From NCBI GenBank assembly GCA_036392315.1, contig DASVYG010000443.1, forward strand, positions 8,474-72,473: a stretch of 64,000 nt of DNA, read 5' to 3'. The translations under genes and the position numbers were made by a program. Every line of letters starts with the position of its first letter. The stretch's first letter is position 1. This stretch comes from Gemmatimonadaceae bacterium. Its GTDB lineage: Bacteria > Gemmatimonadota > Gemmatimonadetes > Gemmatimonadales > Gemmatimonadaceae. The notes under the pieces are model-generated. The model saw only the letters and a program-made list of their open reading frames with translations, was not told the DNA's origin and made no database searches. Of this stretch, positions 62,880-64,000 are shown piece after piece.

Positions 62880-63149
62880 ATGCGAACAATCACTGACGCG
62901 GCGGGCGTCGAGTGGACGGTTTTTGAAGTCAGGCGAGACGGACAGACGACGGATCAGTGGTCGTACTTGCCCGAAGAGTTCGGCGACGGTTGGCTCTGCT
63001 TCGAGTCGCAGTTCAGCAAGCGTCGTCTCACGCCCGTGCCGGCCGACTGGCAACAGTTCGGGCAGGAGGATCTCGTCTCCATGCTCCATCAGGCGACGCC
63101 GGTCCGCCGCACGCAGACCAGCTCCGAAGATCGATCGACCGCCGAGTAG
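62880..63149 (+). CDS. Hypothetical 89-aa protein
   Basis: ATG 62880 gives MRTITDAAGVEWTVFEV..GWLCFES..KRRLTPVP. Codon bias looks coding. The start is uncertain (the ORF is open from 62766) and no clear RBS is present. Confidence 0.5.
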   Translation: MRTITDAAGVEWTVFEVRRDGQTTDQWSYLPEEFGDGWLCFESQFSKRRLTPVPADWQQFGQEDLVSMLHQATPVRRTQTSSEDRSTAE

Positions 63150-63170
63150 CGCTCCGACGGAGTTACGCGC

Positions 63171-64000
63171 TCACGGCTTCGGCTTCACCCGGCCAATCGC
63201 CCGATAGTACTCCTCGACATGCTGCTTGTACGCCGGCGGAACGTCGCCCGAGCGCTCGAGCAGAACGCGTGTCGAGTCGCCCTCGCCGAGCCTACGCCGC
63301 AATCCGAATTCGAAATCTTTGAAGCCTTCGATGGTCTTGGCGCGCAACTCGGCGGCCGTCCGCGTGTCCTCGAGCACGCGCGGATCGGCGAGCTGACGCA
63401 GCCCCTCGATCGCACGATCTAGATCGGCGGTCGGGATGCCTTGCTTCGCCATCTCGCGACGTAGCGCCTCGGCGTCGTTCAACCGTTGCTGCGCCTCGCG
63501 ACTGAATTGCTGTGCGTCCTCGGGCGACAAGCGTCCGCCGTTGGATTGCGGCGAGCCGCCGCGCGGACCGCCGGCGCCGTTCGGCGAACCGCCCGGTGCG
63601 CTGCCATTGGCCTGCTGCTGTCCGTTGCCGCGACCTTGTCCCTGGCCCTGACCCTGACCCTGCCGCTGACCATTCGGCTGCGACTGCTGTTGGCCCTGGC
63701 CGCCACCTTGTCCTTGCTGTCCTTGTCCTTGCTGTCCTTGTCCCTGTTGTCCTTGTCCCTGTTGTCCTTGTCCTCGCTGTCCTTGTCCCTGTTGTCCTTG
63801 CTGGCCTTGGCCCTGCTGGCCTTGTTGTGCCTGTCCCTGCCGACCGCTTTGATTCTGTTGACCACCCTGCGCTTGCTTGCCCTGCTGGTCACCGCCTTCG
63901 GCGAGCCGACGCTGCGCGCCGTTCGCGCCTTGCTCCTGTCGCTGGCGCATGCGCTCGTCCATCGACTCGAGCCCGCGAACGAGATCTCGCGCGCGATCTG
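63171..64000 (-). CDS. Gln/Gly-repeat protein with conserved helical C-terminal domain; 5' end outside window (partial)
   Basis: The frame stays open upstream of M63962 to the window edge (..DRARDLVRGLESMDERMRQ..). About 120 aa of (QGQGQ)n low-complexity sequence is followed by a structured tail ..VPPAYKQHVEEYYRAIGR. Confidence 0.6.
   Translation of the reverse strand, partial: DRARDLVRGLESMDERMRQRQEQGANGAQRRLAEGGDQQGKQAQGGQQNQSGRQGQAQQGQQGQGQQGQQGQGQRGQGQQGQGQQGQGQQGQGQQGQGGGQGQQQSQPNGQRQGQGQGQGQGRGNGQQQANGSAPGGSPNGAGGPRGGSPQSNGGRLSPEDAQQFSREAQQRLNDAEALRREMAKQGIPTADLDRAIEGLRQLADPRVLEDTRTAAELRAKTIEGFKDFEFGLRRRLGEGDSTRVLLERSGDVPPAYKQHVEEYYRAIGRVKPKP
63706..63795. repeat. Six tandem 15-bp repeats (ccttgtccytgytgt) inside the Q/G-rich gene
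   Basis: Units start at 63706, 63721, 63736, 63751, 63766 and 63781, each with 0-2 mismatches. Degenerate hexamer/15-mer repeats flank them from about 63630 to 63850. They encode QGQGQ pentapeptides on the minus strand. Confidence 0.9.

Noticed and set aside
1-64000. Mobile elements, prophage, defence islands, rRNA/tRNA genes
   Set aside because: I recognised no transposase, integrase, recombinase, phage structural genes, restriction-modification genes, toxin-antitoxin genes or cas-like genes in any frame. No terminal inverted repeats flank any block. No tRNA cloverleaf or rRNA signature was found by eye.

Overview
This is a high-GC, densely coding bacterial chromosomal segment. I support about 58 protein genes on both strands. 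I found no rRNA, tRNA, CRISPR array, transposase or integrase. The content is mostly exported redox and hydrolytic enzymes, many with twin-arginine (Tat) signals. These include GMC flavoprotein modules, a PQQ dehydrogenase with a cupredoxin, Rieske proteins, an amidase, a GH127 hydrolase and MsrB. Signalling genes include two Ser/Thr kinases, two hybrid histidine kinases, an ECF sigma/FecR/TonB-receptor module and an ArsR-SdpI pair. Housekeeping genes include tsf, lepB, nfo, pruA and a pseudouridine synthase. The gene style suggests a Gemmatimonadota- or Acidobacteriota-like soil bacterium, but that is inference only.

The most unusual observations are:
1. The 313-bp AT-richer spacer upstream of a Lys-rich SWIB-domain gene holds an array of 22-bp iteron-like repeats. 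Every spacing between copies is a multiple of 11 bp (77-22-44-22-77), and the array ends in a perfect 14-bp palindrome.
2. An 843-bp gene-poor gap contains a near-consensus promoter and a strong intrinsic terminator. They bracket a roughly 440-nt unit of unknown class, followed by a long structured leader and an orphan, divergent EF-Ts gene.
3. Two paralogous Tat small-subunit plus GMC flavoprotein modules are translationally coupled to different third genes. One partner is a Tat-exported TIM-barrel isomerase or eliminase-like protein and the other is a PaaI thioesterase. A cytochrome c plus DUF1080 pair lies elsewhere in the window.
4. An ArsR-SdpI-hydrolase operon sits behind a perfect 10-4-10 palindromic operator.

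All family assignments come from motif recognition in the translated ORFs. No database search was possible.
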